Assembly: GCA_004022145.1 (NCBI GenBank)
Contig: RCNU01000001.1
Length of the DNA: 64,000 nucleotides
Reading direction: 5' to 3' (one strand)
DNA from: Paecilomyces variotii
Taxonomy: Eukaryota
The translations under genes were made by a program, and so were the position numbers. The notes beneath the pieces were generated by a model. It was given only the letters and a program-made list of their open reading frames with translations. It was not told the DNA's origin and did not search any database. This document shows, piece by piece, positions 14,372 to 28,344 of the stretch. Position 1 is the stretch's first letter, and the number at the start of each line of letters is the position of its first letter.

Positions 14372-15961
14372 ATGTTTGGAAGAAGCTTTCCTTTTCTAAA
14401 TTCCCTAAATGGGCCGTATCCACGTGGTAATCTTCCCCTCCATGCCGTGATTTGTCGTTTCTGCAGCGCTTTCTGCTTGGTCCACTTAGCCATAAGGCTG
14501 AAGCCCATCTCAGCCTGAGTCGTGGTGGGACTGGGGAGACGAGGAAATGGGTCTTGATATGTGTCACTATCTCTTGATTCATTCTTCTATGCCACAATTT
14601 TCGGTGAAGATCATTTTGGATGGATTTGTCTCCATTCTTTTAGTCTGGCTTTATGTGACTGACAACCTGTTGCAGATCCATTAGATCAAAGGAGGACCCC
14701 TACAAGTGGATATACGAGCAAAGTCCGCGTTCGAGAGAAGTACCACATTATTGGCTTCATCAGCAGCGGTACTTATGGCCGAGTATACAAAGCCATACGC
14801 AGAAATGGCCAAAAAGGCGAATTCGCTATCAAAAAGTTCATACCCAACAGAACTCCCTATTGAATAGATGCAGGACTGACCGGTTCCAGATTTAAGCCCG
14901 ATAAGGAGGGCGAGTTGATCCAGTACACGGGCCTGTCGCAGTCTGCCATTCGAGAGATGGCTCTTTGTTCGGAGCTCTCCCATGCTAACGTGGTAGGACT
15001 CGAAGAGATCATCTTGGAGGACAAGTGTATCTTCATGGTCTTCGAGTACACAGAGCACGATCTGTTGCAAATCATCCACCACCACACCCAGCCACAGAGA
15101 CATCCCATCCCGGCACCCATGGTCAGATCGATTTTGTTCCAGCTGTTGAATGGCCTGCTCTACCTCCACAGCAACTGGGTACTCCACCGCGATTTGAAGC
15201 CAGCGAATATTCTCGTCACCTCGTCTGGAGCGGTGCGCATAGGGGATCTTGGTCTTGCACGATTGTTCTACAAACCTCTTAACTCCTTGTTTTCTGGAGA
15301 CAAGGTCGTCGTGACGATATGGTACCGTGCCCCAGAACTGCTACTTGGCAGTAGACACTACACGCCAGCTGTGGATCTTTGGGCGGTTGGATGTATCTTT
15401 GCAGAGTTGCTGTCACTTCGCCCGATCTTCAAAGGAGAAGAAGCAAAAATGGACAGCAAGAAGACGGTTCCGTTTCAGCGAAATCAGATGATGAAGATCA
15501 TGGAAATCTTGGGCTTGCCGCGCAAAGAAAACTGGCCGGGTCTGGTTTCGATGCCGGAATATCCCCAGCTCCAAAACCTGGCTTTGTCTAGAGGCGCAGG
15601 TCACTTTAATAAGCCGTCCAATTTGGAGGGATGGTACCAAAGCTGTCTAAAGAATGGCGGCTATTCTCAAAATTCGAGCGCTGGTACGCCCGGTGCGGAC
15701 GGATTTGACCTACTGTCTCGGCTGCTCGAATACGACCCGACCAAGCGGATCACCGCCCGCGAGGCCTTGGAGCACCCTTATTTCAAGAATGGGGGCCCCA
15801 TAAGTGCTAACTGCTTTGAGGGGTGCGAAGGGAAATATCCGCATCGTCGCGTGACTCAGGATGACAACGATATCCGCACCGGTAGTTTACCCGGCACCAA
15901 ACGGAGTGGTCTGCCAGATGACAGCCTAGTCGGGAGGCCGCCAAAACGTCTCAAGGATTGA
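14372..15961 (+). CDS. ssn3: Mediator kinase-module cyclin-dependent kinase Ssn3/Srb10 (CDK8), 3 exons
   Basis: Spliced product [96 protein letters not shown]. The SAIRE helix and DLGLARLF are CDK8 hallmarks. Confidence 0.95.
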
Positions 15962-17208
15962 ATTCTGTTTAGATGATCTGTGTCTGCATTATCTGGAGTT
16001 TGGCAGGGTCTGACAAGGCTGGTGGTCATGCCGATATAGAGGAAAGGGCGTTTTGGGTCGTATACATTTTTCGTCGACTGCTGACTTTCGACTCCCGCAT
16101 CTTTATTGTTAAGACTTATTTTTTTTTGGCTCTTGTCCAACACGGGGTTTTTGTGTCCACGACGATTATCCCCGCGGAAATCGTTAGCTGAATGAAGTAC
16201 AGTACATGTGCTTGTTGGTCATGCAGACCCAACTATACAAACTATGAGCGAATTAGTATCCAGTGTATCTTGAGCATTCGTCAGAGAGACGCATATTTAT
16301 TAGACCCTGATTCTCAAGTACGATCGTTAAGCACAGTAAATGACTACTGCAGTGCCCATTGTTTGTTGAAAGTTCGACTCGGCACTTCCATGTAGAAAGT
16401 CCGGCGTATTCTATAACATCTTGCTGTCCCTACGTCGCGTCTGTATCCACTCAGCTGTATATTACGACCGGACAAAGATACAAGTAATCTTTATCTCTAC
16501 TCACTAGAGCAGAGGAAAGGGCAATAATCCTCTAAGTCATCCGCGATAGAAGTAGGCAACGCCATCATCGAAGTGCTGCCAATTCAACTCCGCTCCCCGC
16601 CCCGAGAGTTGCACAGCCAAGAATATCGACGTAAGTGTCACGAACAAACCAATATCGCTACTTCGAAAAAATAAAATACCATTCTTCTATTCTAAATCTT
16701 CGGCGGCGGCACTTCCGTCGTGGCTGATAAGCACGGCGTACGGAAAGGATACTCTTTTCGGGTCGATTTGTCCTGTCACTCAGGAGGATGCGCTAGCGTG
16801 ATTATGAATCTTAGAGAGAGAGAGGGGGTTTCTATGATGACCATCTTCGATTAATGTGCGGCCTTTCTTTTCCGTGTCTGTTTATATCGGTTGGAAGGTG
16901 AGAGGCTAGATGGATACGGGGTTGCGAGGTGATAATTGCACTGCTTGTGACTGACGAATGTGTTAATACTGATCGATTGAGATGCTCTACTAGCATAGAA
17001 CATATCTGCGGCTTCGATAAGAGCCATTGAGATTGAAACCAGAGTTATGGCATTATATTGGATACAGACAAGCCCTTGTGTCCCCCGTTTTTACGCCATG
17101 AGTCTCAACCACCTGATACACCCTTCATGATCCTTAGTCGTGGTATTTTCTGGTCCCCCCATTACTTCCGTAAGACGCCCGTGTGATAGAAGAAAAATAA
17201 AATAAAAA

Positions 17209-18956
17209 TCAATAGCCTGTTTAATAAAATGTCAGAATTTGGTCACTGTGAAATTTCCGAGTGCAGGGAGACATACCACTCTGCTCCTTTCTGTTGTCAG
17301 CTCCATCTGGATCTTCGCCTTGGCCGCCGGCGCCAGCTGCGGCAGCCCGACCACCGGCTTCTTGTATGCCCTGAGCATCGCCTCTGAGCTTCTCGAAATA
17401 GGCCTTGATATCCTCAGCGCCGACAGCCTGTCCACTTTCTGCAAATGGCTTCAAGAATTCCTTCACCTTGTCTCGCAGATGATTGTAAACCATGACACCC
17501 TCAATGGCTTTCACTCGATCCATATTGCTCAATGCTGCTTCTCCTCGCTCTAGGAGGCTTCCGGTGCCCTGACTGCCGCCGCCGTTGGCCTCGTCACCGT
17601 CTTCGGAGAGCGGCGGCTCATACGTCTCTTCCTCTTCTCTCAACTGTGGATGAGGAATAAGGTTTGGGAAGCAATCGGGGCAATGGCATAGGTGGTCGCG
17701 AAAGTCCTCTTTGAGGAAGAGAGAGAAGGTCCCCGTAGGAGCAGACTTAGGAAGAAAGTCATGCTTATGCTTGGGTGTCTCCGTGGAAGTAGTGCTGATT
17801 TTCGCATCCTTGTGGTCATCCGGCGAGTCTTCCTTGGTGCGCTTAGAGTCAGGTTCTTCAAGGTCATCCTCTGCCTTGCGCTTCTTTGTACTGTTGGCTT
17901 GTTCTTTCTCAGCCTCAGCTGCAGCAGGAGCCTCTTTAGGTTCGGCGTCTTTCAACCCTCCTTCTTTGTAGACAGCTGGTAAGAATCCCGGCGTACCAGC
18001 ATAGCGCTTCAGCCACGGGTTGGAATCGAGACATTTGTAGCATATAAAGGTCTCGAAGTCATCCTCGCCAGGAAAACCTGGTGGAAGCGGCGTTTCTTCA
18101 TCCTCATCAAATCCATCCGTCGCCTCCTTCTTCTCTTCCTCGGTCATCGCAGCCTCTTGCTTTTTAACTTTGTTCCAGTCGCGAGGAAGACCGATCAGAC
18201 ACTCTGGATGCCACCAATCCTCCCCGCAACCGCCTGTTTCCACAGTGCCTAGTCCAAGACATTGGAACATCGTTCCCTTTTCTGTATGCGCATCATACAC
18301 TTCGAGACACCCGCAGAATCTGTTCTGAAAGTTGTGATTGTATTTATTCCCCGCGGCAGGCTCCTGGGAGTGGACGCCTTTTGAGCCGGTGGCGGGGTCT
18401 GCTCGAAGAGTGCATGGCGAAGTCGACGGCAGACGAGTGGTTCCGCAGTCGCAAACAAAGTTCCTTTTGTTGAACAGCTCGACTAGCGTGTGCTCGCCGT
18501 GGCAGGAGATGGAGCACGAGTAGCAAACTCCAGCAGGGGTATACGGGTCATCGAGGTTCTTGGGAGGGTTGCAGGTAAGGCACGAAAAGATACTCTGTCG
18601 TAGTGCACCTAATGGCTGCGTGCAGTTATCAAAAGACTTGAAAGGTCAGCAAACATAGACGGTTATGAGCATGTACATGGATAGGCTTACATAGGGGAGC
18701 ACTTCACGTGCATCAGCCTCGAGTTTGAGTTGGTTTTCAAGGAAACTGTGATGGAAAAGTGGTTAGACAGATCGCGTATGTTGAAGATTGTATGATACAT
18801 CTTATGATGACAGCACGGTCAAGGAAAGCAGCATACATACTCTTTAGCTGTCTGGGAATCTTGGGATGCGAAGCTCTCTCTGCGACGGCTTTTGTCCTGC
18901 TCTCCATTTTGCGGCTGGGCGCTGGTGGACTGGTCTGGTTTCTTCTGGTCATCCAT
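17209..18956 (-). CDS. mlo2: UBR-box/PHD-like zinc-finger protein Mlo2 (UBR7 family), multi-exon
   Basis: MDDQKK..SQDSQTAKE, LEADAREVLPY, CYSCSISCHGEHTLVELFNKRNFVCDCG, MFQCLGLG..CGEDWWHPEC, FICYKC, FRDHLCHCPDC, and C-terminal LSNMDRVKAIEGVMVYNHLRDKVKEFLKPF. Confidence 0.9.
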
Positions 18957-19707
18957 TGCACCACTCCAGGTACAACAAGAGGCGACAAAAAGAAGGGCGA
19001 TAAGACAACTGATGAATTTGATGTCGTTGTGTTTGCCTTGTCACCGTGATCACTCAGCCTGCCCTTGCCCGAGTGCCGCGTCCATTACTTACGCGCAAGG
19101 CGCGCGGCACTTTAAGTGTTTGCTTGGTTTGCATTTAATGATCCCAATATCCCTGGAATCGTGGAATTACAGCTGGAGTACATGCAACCGCCTGGAGGTT
19201 AATCTATTGATGCGTATTCCGATGGGAATATTTACATGGATTTCCTACACAGTAGTGATTTCCCAATTCTGTATAGGATGTCTTGGTGTTGCTGCGGGTC
19301 GAAGCTTCACTCCCAAGTGGAACTTCGAGCTGCAGGCCAGACACGTAGCAGGCGACTAACAAAGCCAGTTATTCTATGTTCCGGGGATCCTCAGCAACTT
19401 AGTAGTTGCTACGGTCAGGATCTTTGATCGCTGCAACAAAAAAGAGAAGGGATGGCTGCTAGCATTTATCCAGGCTGCTTTCCATTCTCACCTTCACAGG
19501 ACCCAGGCAATGATCTTCCTCAGTACAATTGGACAGCACTAAAGCCTCCAGTAGATGATGCCATGATACTGTAAGCTTGTCAGAATTTATAATTATAGAG
19601 ATAAACTCTTGTGGCCGATTATCTAACGTGTGCTGAAACTTGAGGCAGTCTGTTCTATATATGCACAGACTCGCCTTACCGGATTTGGGTTTAATGGAAA
19701 AAAAGCG

Positions 19708-19736
19708 ACGCGTCGGGAATCGCGACCACGACGCGT
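19708..19736. promoter_or_regulatory. Two MluI cell-cycle boxes (ACGCGT) upstream of mcm2
   Basis: ACGCGT at 19708-19713 and 19731-19736, ~210-240 bp before the ATG. MCB/MBF control of replication genes is established in fungi. Confidence 0.7.
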
Positions 19737-19945
19737 CGTTGCCGGGCCACAGTAAACGCACCATCGACCCTTGCGGGCGGCGTCTTTCTCCTCCCTTGAG
19801 CTGGCAATCAATCTCAAATCGCAAATTCCAACAGCCACATCCACTGTTCATCCTGTCATCCAACCGCCATCTTGATCTATCGTCCATTCGATACGAACGA
19901 AATTTGTCGGATGGTTGACAGTGCGTGAATTTTGCAGAGCACACA

Positions 19946-22926
19946 ATGAGGTGAGCAAAAGATCTTTCCTCAGTCTTTGCAGTTGCGCCGCAGTTGCAAT
20001 GAGTCGTTCTCAAATTTCTCGTATCATGATAGCTGACCTCGCACAAGTTCCCCTCTTCGACCCAGCTCCTCAGCCGCAAATCGCGGTCTGGGAAACTTGA
20101 ACAGACGCAAGCGCGACAGAGAGCCCGACGATGAAACTTCTTCGGTTGCTGCTCCACCGTCAAGTCGTAAGTTAAAGAGAGTGTGATTGACGAAAACCTC
20201 AGTAAAACTGATCTATCTTGTGATAGCCCCTCCCTCCTCTCCGCCTATGCTTCCATTCGACGAAGAGAATGACCGAGACGAGGAAGCTGAGCTGTTGGGG
20301 GACATCGATGATATTGAAGAGATGGCCGAAGATGAAGACGGAATCGATCTCTTCGGCGATAACTTCGAAAAAGATTACCGAAACACCCAGGACCAAATGT
20401 ATCGAGGACATGACATTGACGATGACGGAGAGTATGACGAACTGGACCCCGCTGCTCGCCGACAGCTCGAGGCCCGTTTGAACAAGAGAGATAGGGAATT
20501 GGCACGCCGTCGTCGCATGCCTGCTGCTTTCCTGCAAGATGATGATGACGACATGAATGTCGATCTTACTAGGCAACCTCGCCGCAGGAGACACCACTAC
20601 GATGAGGACCACGAAGATATCGAAATGGGCGAAGATATCATGGAAGAGGAGCTTTCTCTGGAAGAATTGGCAGATGTCAAAGCCTCCAACATTACAGAGT
20701 GGATTCTCCAACCTCAAGTGCTACGCTCAATCCATCGCGAGTTCAAGGCCTTCTTGACTGAGTACACAGACGCTTCTGGAAGCTCGGTGTACGGTAATCG
20801 TATCCGTACTCTGGGAGAGGTCAACTCTGCATCTCTGGAGGTTTCCTATGAGCACCTGAGTTCGACTAAGGCCACCCTTGCGTATTTCCTTGCAAACGAG
20901 CCCACGGAGGTCCTGAAAGTATTCGATCAGGCTGCTCTCGATGTCACTTTGTTCCACTACCCGCAGTACCACGACATTCATAATGAAATTCACGTCCGTA
21001 TCACGGACCTTCCGATCGTGTACACTCTCCGAGAGCTCCGTCAATCGCACCTCAATTGCCTGGTCCGCGTGAGCGGAGTTGTCACCAGAAGAACAGGCGT
21101 GTTCCCTCAGCTCAAATACGTTCTGTTCATTTGCAACAAGTGCGGTATGACTCTGGGTCCTTTCCAGCAGGAAGCGAGTGCCGAGGTCAAGATCTCCTTC
21201 TGCCAGAACTGCCAGTCAAGAGGTCCCTTCACATTGAACTCTGCAAAGACTGTTTATCGAAACTATCAGAAATTGACTCTGCAGGAGTCACCTGGTTCGG
21301 TGCCCGCTGGCCGTCTCCCGCGCCAGCGTGAGGTGATCCTCCTTGCTGATCTCATCGACTCTGCGAAACCTGGAGATGAGATCGAAGTTACTGGTATCTA
21401 CCGCAACAGCTATGATGCTCAGCTAAACAACAAGAACGGATTCCCTGTTTTTGCTACCATCCTTGAGGCGAATCATGTCATCAAATCGCACGACCAGCAG
21501 GCTGGTTTCCATCTGACCGAGGAAGATGAGCGACAGATTCGTGCTCTTTCAAGAGATCCTGATATTGTGGACAAGATCATACGATCTATTGCTCCCAGCA
21601 TCTACGGCCACTTGGACGTGAAGACTGCAGTTGCTCTGTCTTTGTTCGGTGGTGTCAGCAAAGAGGCGCAAGGAAAGATGTCCATCCGTGGCGATATCAA
21701 CGTTCTCCTGCTTGGTGACCCTGGTACCGCCAAATCTCAGGTCCTCAAGTACGTCGAAAAGACAGCCCACCGCGCAGTCTTTGCGACTGGTCAGGGTGCA
21801 AGTGCTGTCGGTCTGACGGCCAGTGTCCGTCGTGATCCCCTGACAAACGAGTGGACCCTTGAGGGTGGTGCTCTCGTCCTTGCTGACCGGGGTACCTGCC
21901 TGATTGATGAATTCGACAAGATGAATGACCAGGATCGTACTTCCATCCACGAGGCTATGGAGCAACAGACTATCTCTATCTCCAAGGCTGGTATCGTCAC
22001 TACCCTCCAGGCTCGATGCGCAGTTGTTGCAGCTGCGAATCCGATCGGTGGCCGATACAACGGCACTATCCCTTTCTCTCAGAACGTCCAACTTACTGAG
22101 CCCATTTTGTCTCGTTTCGACATTCTCTGCGTCGTGCGTGATCAGGTGGAACCGAGTGAAGATGAGCGCTTGGCCAACTTCGTGATCGAGTCTCACCACC
22201 GCGCAAATCCTACAAGGCCACACAGGGATGAGCAAGGTAATCTAGTCAACGCCGATGGTCAGCGTATCGATGAGGAAGGATATCGTGTTGACAACAACGG
22301 CAACCGCCTTCCCCTCACCCCTGAGGAGCAGCGGAAACGAGAGGAAGCGAAGCGCAAGGAGGAGGAAGAGAAGGAGGGAGAGATCCCGCAGGAACTACTA
22401 CGGAAATACATCCTGTATGCCCGCGAGAGATGTCACCCTAAGCTCTACCAAATCGACCAGGACAAGGTGGCTCGCTTGTTCGCGGACATGAGACGTGAGT
22501 CTCTCGCTACAGGAGCGTATCCTATCACTGTAAGTACCAAGCCAATGGCTCCTTGCGTGACCGCACTTACTGACATGCACAGGTCCGTCACCTTGAAGCC
22601 ATTATGCGTATCGCAGAGGCCTTCTGCAAGATGCGTCTTTCTGAATACTGCTCCTCGCAGGATATCGACCGCGCCATTGCTGTGACGGTCGAGTCCTTCA
22701 TTGGAAGCCAAAAAGTCAGCTGCAAGAAGGCTCTTTCGAGAGCGTTTGCCAAGTACGTTCTTTACCTTTCTTCTAAGAAAAAGAAAAAAGAGACAAGGCA
22801 GGAAAATACTAACAAAGACCCTACAGGTACACACTCTCCAGACCCAAGCCGCAATCTAAGCGGAAGGCCGGTATCTCATCGCAGAACCCGTATTCCCGTC
22901 GAAACGCGGGTGCAGTTTCTGCGTAA
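19946..22926 (+). CDS. mcm2: DNA replication licensing factor Mcm2, multi-exon
   Basis: Acidic N-terminal region, Zn finger CNKC..CQNCQS, Walker A GDPGTAKSQ, Walker B CLIDEFDKM, Arg finger LSRFD. 5-nt first exon ATGAG|GTGAGC; last exon ends GAVSA-TAA at 22926. Confidence 0.97.
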
Positions 22927-23396
22927 GAGTGATACGGTATATGGATAAAAGAAATAGGTAATTTTCTTGTAATATGCGGAAGAGGAAGCCTGGGGGTTCC
23001 TTGTTTATCATCATCTACTTGAAACATCTGTCCGGTTCTTAAAGGTTATCATCAGATGGAGTTTGGGTTATTGAGTGCGGTCTCTCTTTTCTGATATTGT
23101 CTGTTTGCGCCCTTGTTTCTACGGCTGAAGATGAGTTGTTATGGTAGATACCTCTTGACATGTGATGGTGACCAACGAATAGAAATATAAAGAACATTCG
23201 TCAATTTGCGTCTCTATTAAGAATTGCTATCTATCTATAACCTTCTAAATATCCCAAACGCCTGTCTATATACTTACCTACGCCATGTAAAATCACCGAA
23301 CCCGCATCTCTATATGTAGAGGCAGTTTTTTTTAACGAAACCCCGGTACTCGTGAAATGGAAAAGAAAAAGCGTCGGCAAGATGAATAACCACAGC

Positions 23397-24542
23397 TCAC
23401 TTCTTTCTCCACCCACCACAACCATCATGAACCCAACCTCCACCACCAAGCACAGTGCCCACCACCGCGCGCAAATCCGCCTGCATCGGCTCAACGGCAT
23501 AATCGCAGGCCTGAAACTCGACTAAATTCCGCCTATTCCCTGCATCTCTCACCGCATGCGCGATGAGCGAGTATCCCGTCGCGATCTCCATCCAGGGATC
23601 GCGCGGATCCATCGACCCGCGCCGCTCGTCCTCGATCACACTATCGCTCTTCCCCGGTGCGAGTTGCACGCTGAAGGAGCGTAGTTCCGTCATTGTCTCC
23701 AGCACGTCGAGGACCAGCTTGACGTGGTTGTAGAAGGGGAAAACGGCGGTGTAGTGGAAAGATGTGAGACGATTGAGGGATGGGAGCGGGTCGGGTAGGG
23801 AGTCGGCGATGATGCGCTCGTCGGAGACGAGAGTGCCCCATTTATCGAATATGGAGGGGATACGAAGGAGGAAGTATTCGTAGTGGTTGTAGGCGCGGAG
23901 GGAGGAGGATTCGTTGAATGCGAGTTTGCTCCATGGTCGAGCGGATAGGATGTTCGTGGTGGCGGAATCGTCGTCGTCGTCCTTGTCTTGTAGAGCCGGA
24001 CACGACGAGATGGAATCGCGATGACCGCGCACTGGGGGTTCTTGTTCCAATTGCAAGATCTGCAATGGGATCTCGAAAGCCCAGCTGTGTGTTCCTACGA
24101 CCTTGGTGAGGGTCATATCTCCGATAAAGAGCGGTGATGCAACGATCGTGATGCGCTGCGGATTAATCTCCCTCAGCACTCGCTGCCACCATGTCGTGTC
24201 ACGACGACCAGTGACTGTTTCCTTCCCCGTCACCACGAGCGAGCGCACACGTCGTTTGAGTCCTGATTTCTGGATAAAGGCTAGGAAGTCCCTCTCATCG
24301 CGGATATCGAAGCGTAAATGCGAAAAGAGGAACGGGCGCGCAAGATGGTAGAATTGGGAGGAGGTGCATGAGAGGTTCTTCAGTGGTTTGGTCGCGCTCT
24401 CGGTGAGTTGAAGGCTAGGAGCATCGTGGAGGCCAGAAGTAGATGGAGGGTCCGTATCAAGGTAAAACATAATCTCTGTAAGAAGCTCGTTTGGCAGCGA
24501 TGCCAATCGCGAGGATGAGGAGCATTGTTGTTGTAGCTGCAT
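23397..24542 (-). CDS. F-box domain protein
   Basis: Single ~380 aa ORF with N-terminal F-box-like LASLPNELLTEIMFYL and LKNLSCTS..FYHLARPFLFSHL. Confidence 0.75.
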   Translation of the reverse strand: MQLQQQCSSSSRLASLPNELLTEIMFYLDTDPPSTSGLHDAPSLQLTESATKPLKNLSCTSSQFYHLARPFLFSHLRFDIRDERDFLAFIQKSGLKRRVRSLVVTGKETVTGRRDTTWWQRVLREINPQRITIVASPLFIGDMTLTKVVGTHSWAFEIPLQILQLEQEPPVRGHRDSISSCPALQDKDDDDDSATTNILSARPWSKLAFNESSSLRAYNHYEYFLLRIPSIFDKWGTLVSDERIIADSLPDPLPSLNRLTSFHYTAVFPFYNHVKLVLDVLETMTELRSFSVQLAPGKSDSVIEDERRGSMDPRDPWMEIATGYSLIAHAVRDAGNRRNLVEFQACDYAVEPMQADLRAVVGTVLGGGGWVHDGCGGWRKK

Positions 24543-25862
24543 GGTTTCGACACACAATCTTTTTAAACCCTTTCTCTTTCTTTTTCAGCGCCTGCGCCTG
24601 GTAATTAATTATGTTTAATGATGGGTGAGTGTTCGCATCGCACACGGATTGATAGCGAGGGATTGACGTCGCGGTCAACGACAATTGTCAATTGGACATG
24701 GTTCTGTTCTCAGGTGAAAAAGAAAAAAAAAGAAATAAGGACGCGAAACTGGTGGTTGGTTTATATGATTTCAATGTGAGATTTATTTTTTTTTCGCCTT
24801 CAAGATCGAATCCCGAAAACGCCGCTAGCGTCACCGCAACTTTGGATCAGGATGAAAATGCAACAGCACGCTGGTCTGAGTAAGAGAATACGGGGTAAAT
24901 CGGAGAGACCAGCGCATACTGGCATGTATGCTGGCATCATTGATCCGTCTGTACCCGATATAGATATATACACAGATGGCTGACCCGTGGTTCTTTTTCT
25001 CTCCCGTTGACTCGGCCGATAACGCTGAAGGTTAACTAGTGTTAGTTATCGAGATGATGTCCTTTCTCGTATTCCGGGCTCTGCATCAGTTAGTTACCAT
25101 AGTTCTTGGTCCGTAAAGTCCAATGACCTGAATCGTGCAGACGAGGTCGCAGGATAGCCTCTATGGCGATGCTGCAGTTCGTGGTATATAAGAGCGAGCC
25201 GATAACATAGGATTACTTGACTATCTCCAAACCCACTAGACTTAATAATAATTAGTGGCTATTATTATTATCCATTATTCTGGTACTTATCGGTATTCTA
25301 GCCGGTCGCCCACATTTTCTCTTTCCGCCCCGCTCGGAGAAACTGTTCGCTTTACGACAATCCGATTAACAATCATCCTCAGTTTTGCTACGAGATCATG
25401 ACATAACGCCATAACGCTGGCATCTTATTCTGTTTCCAGATGCGCATTATTATACATATCCTTCAATATATACTGATCGGTCACAGTCCAAAAGAATAAA
25501 AAATAAAATAATAACAAGAAAAACCCTCCGCTCGATGTGGAGAGCACAGGTGGTGGGGCTTGTCGTCTGGAGGCGTACAAGTTCGACTCTTCGGCACAGA
25601 TGCTGTTGAACGAATGCCGAACTACGGAGTCCCCGCCTGGAAACGGAAATACCCCTCCAGCTTTTTTTTTTCTACGTGGTTGGAAAGCTTTTGGATACTC
25701 TTCCCAGATTGTTATTGTACCTGAAGTTGACCCTGGAAGAGGTAGGGTTCCTCCTTGCCCCCAATGCCGAAGATCGTGGTGGCGGCCATCGATAAGACAA
25801 GAGCTAATCTGATCGGATTTGATCCAGCCATTCTCCGGTATCATAGTTAACAGGATATCACC

Positions 25863-27202
25863 ATGTCTGCTAAGCTGCACCGCAACCCTCCCTTCCGGGC
25901 TGAGCACCTGGGATCTCTCCTCCGAACGGAGGAGCTGATCAAGAAGAGGGCTCAGGTCATGGAGAAGAAGGCGGACGAGTCGGAGCTGGTGCCGATCGAG
26001 GACAAGGACATCAAGGAGATTGTCAAGATTCAGAAGGAGCTCGGTTACAAGGCCATGACCGATGGAGAGTACCGACGACACAGTAAGCGAGCCCCCCGAG
26101 CCAAAGAGTCCTGTATGCAATGAACCGCTGACAGTCTTCCACTCATCCAGTGTTCTGGGGTTCTTTCTTCCCTGGTCTGGAGGGTTTCGAGGAGGTCGAC
26201 GATGTTGACATCGAGATCTTCCGTCCCTACACCCCTGATGTTGGTGCTTTCATCGAGGCTGGCCACAAGCCCGGCGAGAGCGTTCTCTGCACGGGCAAGA
26301 TCAAGCACGTCGGCAGCACCTACGTTGACCAGTTCAAGTACCTGGCCAGCCTCGTTGCCCCTGAGGAGGTCAAGAACCTGAAGATCACCCTGGCTGCCCC
26401 CAACTGGTACCACTTGCGCTACCGTGAGGGCCGTGCCTACCCCAAGGAAGTGTACAGCTCCGACGAGGAGTACTTTGGTGACATCGCCAAGGCCTACCAG
26501 GAGGAGCTCCGCATCCTCTACGAGGCTGGCTGCAGGAACGTGCAGTATGATGACCCTAACCTGGCCTGTAAGTTTTTTAGTCCATAAGCTGCGGCTCCTG
26601 AGTGTGGGATGATGCTAACATTCTGCCCAGATTTCTGCTCTGACAAGATGCTGGAGGGCTGGAAGAATGACCCCCTGAACAAGTACTCTGCCGATGACCT
26701 GCTCGACAAGTACATCAAGCTGTACAATGACTGCCTGGCCAAGCGCCCAGCTGACTTCCACGTTGGTGTCCATCTGTGCCGTGGTAACTTCGTCAACAGC
26801 CGTCACTTCTCCGAGGGTGGCTATGACCGCATCGCTGTCAAGCTCTTCCAGGAGCTGAACGTTGACACTTACTACCTCGAGTACGACACTCCCCGTGCCG
26901 GTGGCTTCGAGCCTCTGAAGGTTCTGCCCAAGAACAAGAACGTTATCCTAGGTGTCGTCACCAGCAAGTTCCCCGAGCTTGAGGACAAGGAGGAGATGAA
27001 GAAGCGTGTCCTTGACGCCGCCAAGTTCATTGCCGAGGGTAACAACGAGACTGTCGAGGAGGCTCTGCAGCGTGTTGGTGTCAGCCCGCAGTGCGGTTTC
27101 GCCAGTCACCACGAAGGTAACGCCGTCGTCTGGAACGACATGATTGCCAAGCTGAAGTTGGTCCGCGAGATCGCCGACGACCTCTGGAAGGGAGAGCCTT
27201 AA
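25863..27202 (+). CDS. Cobalamin-independent methionine synthase-like protein, catalytic barrel only (Meth_synt_2 type), 3 exons
   Basis: PPFRAEHLGSLLR, TDGEYRR, GCRNVQYDDP, Zn-ligand motifs HLCRGN, LEYD and SPQCGFAS. Introns ~26083-26150 and ~26568-26630. Strong C/G-ending codon bias. Confidence 0.9.
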
Positions 27203-28344
27203 ATTCGTCATTTCGAATAAAAAACGGCGTTTGAGGGTGGCGGTGGGAACCCAGGGAGCTTATCCGCGGGAAGAAAAAAGGAACGAATTTTTCTTTTCTT
27301 TTCTTTTCTTTTTTTTCTGAAATGAACATATAATATTTTCAGTCTCCACGAGTGAGGCCGGCCATCCGCCCTTTCAACAAGCGGCGGCCCTGGCGATATG
27401 TGTGGCCCTCGATGAATGCCATGACCCATGTATATATGAAAAGAAGCAATTTAACATTTGATTCCCCATCAGCGTCCTTCGAGGGGGGCGCGTCTTGATC
27501 TGCTGTTGGAGAAAACCCTGTTTTGATACCATATCTTGTCAGTGAACACTGCATGATTTCAATTGAGTTCGATATCCATAAAGCCCTTCTCTTGAGTAGA
27601 TATTTCCAAAAAGAAAAGTATCCTATTGTAGCCCCTCCACGCAGAGAATGAGAATGAACACGACTTAAATAGGCGCTGCGATCTGCTCTAGAAGAACATC
27701 TCCGCACTGACAACAAGGTACTCAGTCTCCCAAGGTACATGCAAGGAACAGGTAAGTGCAGCATGAGGTCATGATCTGTCGAAACCTGCAGGATATATCT
27801 CAGAGATGACCAGGGCTCTCCACGAATATCTCGCTTCCCAAATTGCAGAGAAACAGGGTCGAGGTGACTTCATGGGGGCTGTACTGATGAATTCGAGGTG
27901 TAACGACTACGTAAAATAAAGGAGATGTCGAAGACAAATGTCTTGGTAAAATAATGAGTAAACAGATGATGCATCTAGCCGACTGGAAGTTGGGATATTC
28001 GCCGGAACTTTCCCTCAATAGATAGCTAAGTGAAGAAAGAGAGCTGGTAACTTGGGGGTCTTCAATGCACGTGATCTTCATGGTGATCGCCACTTCGATT
28101 AATCTAAACTCATCAAGCTACATATGGTGATTGGAGGATTCAGGTTACTACATAGTCGCTATAGAGGTCCGAGATAACGGTTCTTGATAAGAGCAGAACA
28201 GGGAGATCGAATTCACCGACTACTTGTCTTTGACTCAAATTTCATACATCACAAGTGTACCTCTTCACTACATGAAAACCGAGAAGAGAAAAATAGAAAA
28301 AAGAAAATAGAAGAAAAATACACCTATCCGAAATTTCCACCCTA

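Noticed and set aside
19459..20163. 234 aa minus-strand ORF between mlo2 and mcm2
   Set aside because: Overlaps the first mcm2 exons and its promoter, has a non-ATG start and no motifs.
21549..22235. Long antisense ORFs (here 228 aa; also 25425-26120, 42672-43352, 57480-58109)
   Set aside because: Shadow frames of codon-biased real genes on the opposite strand, with no independent motifs.
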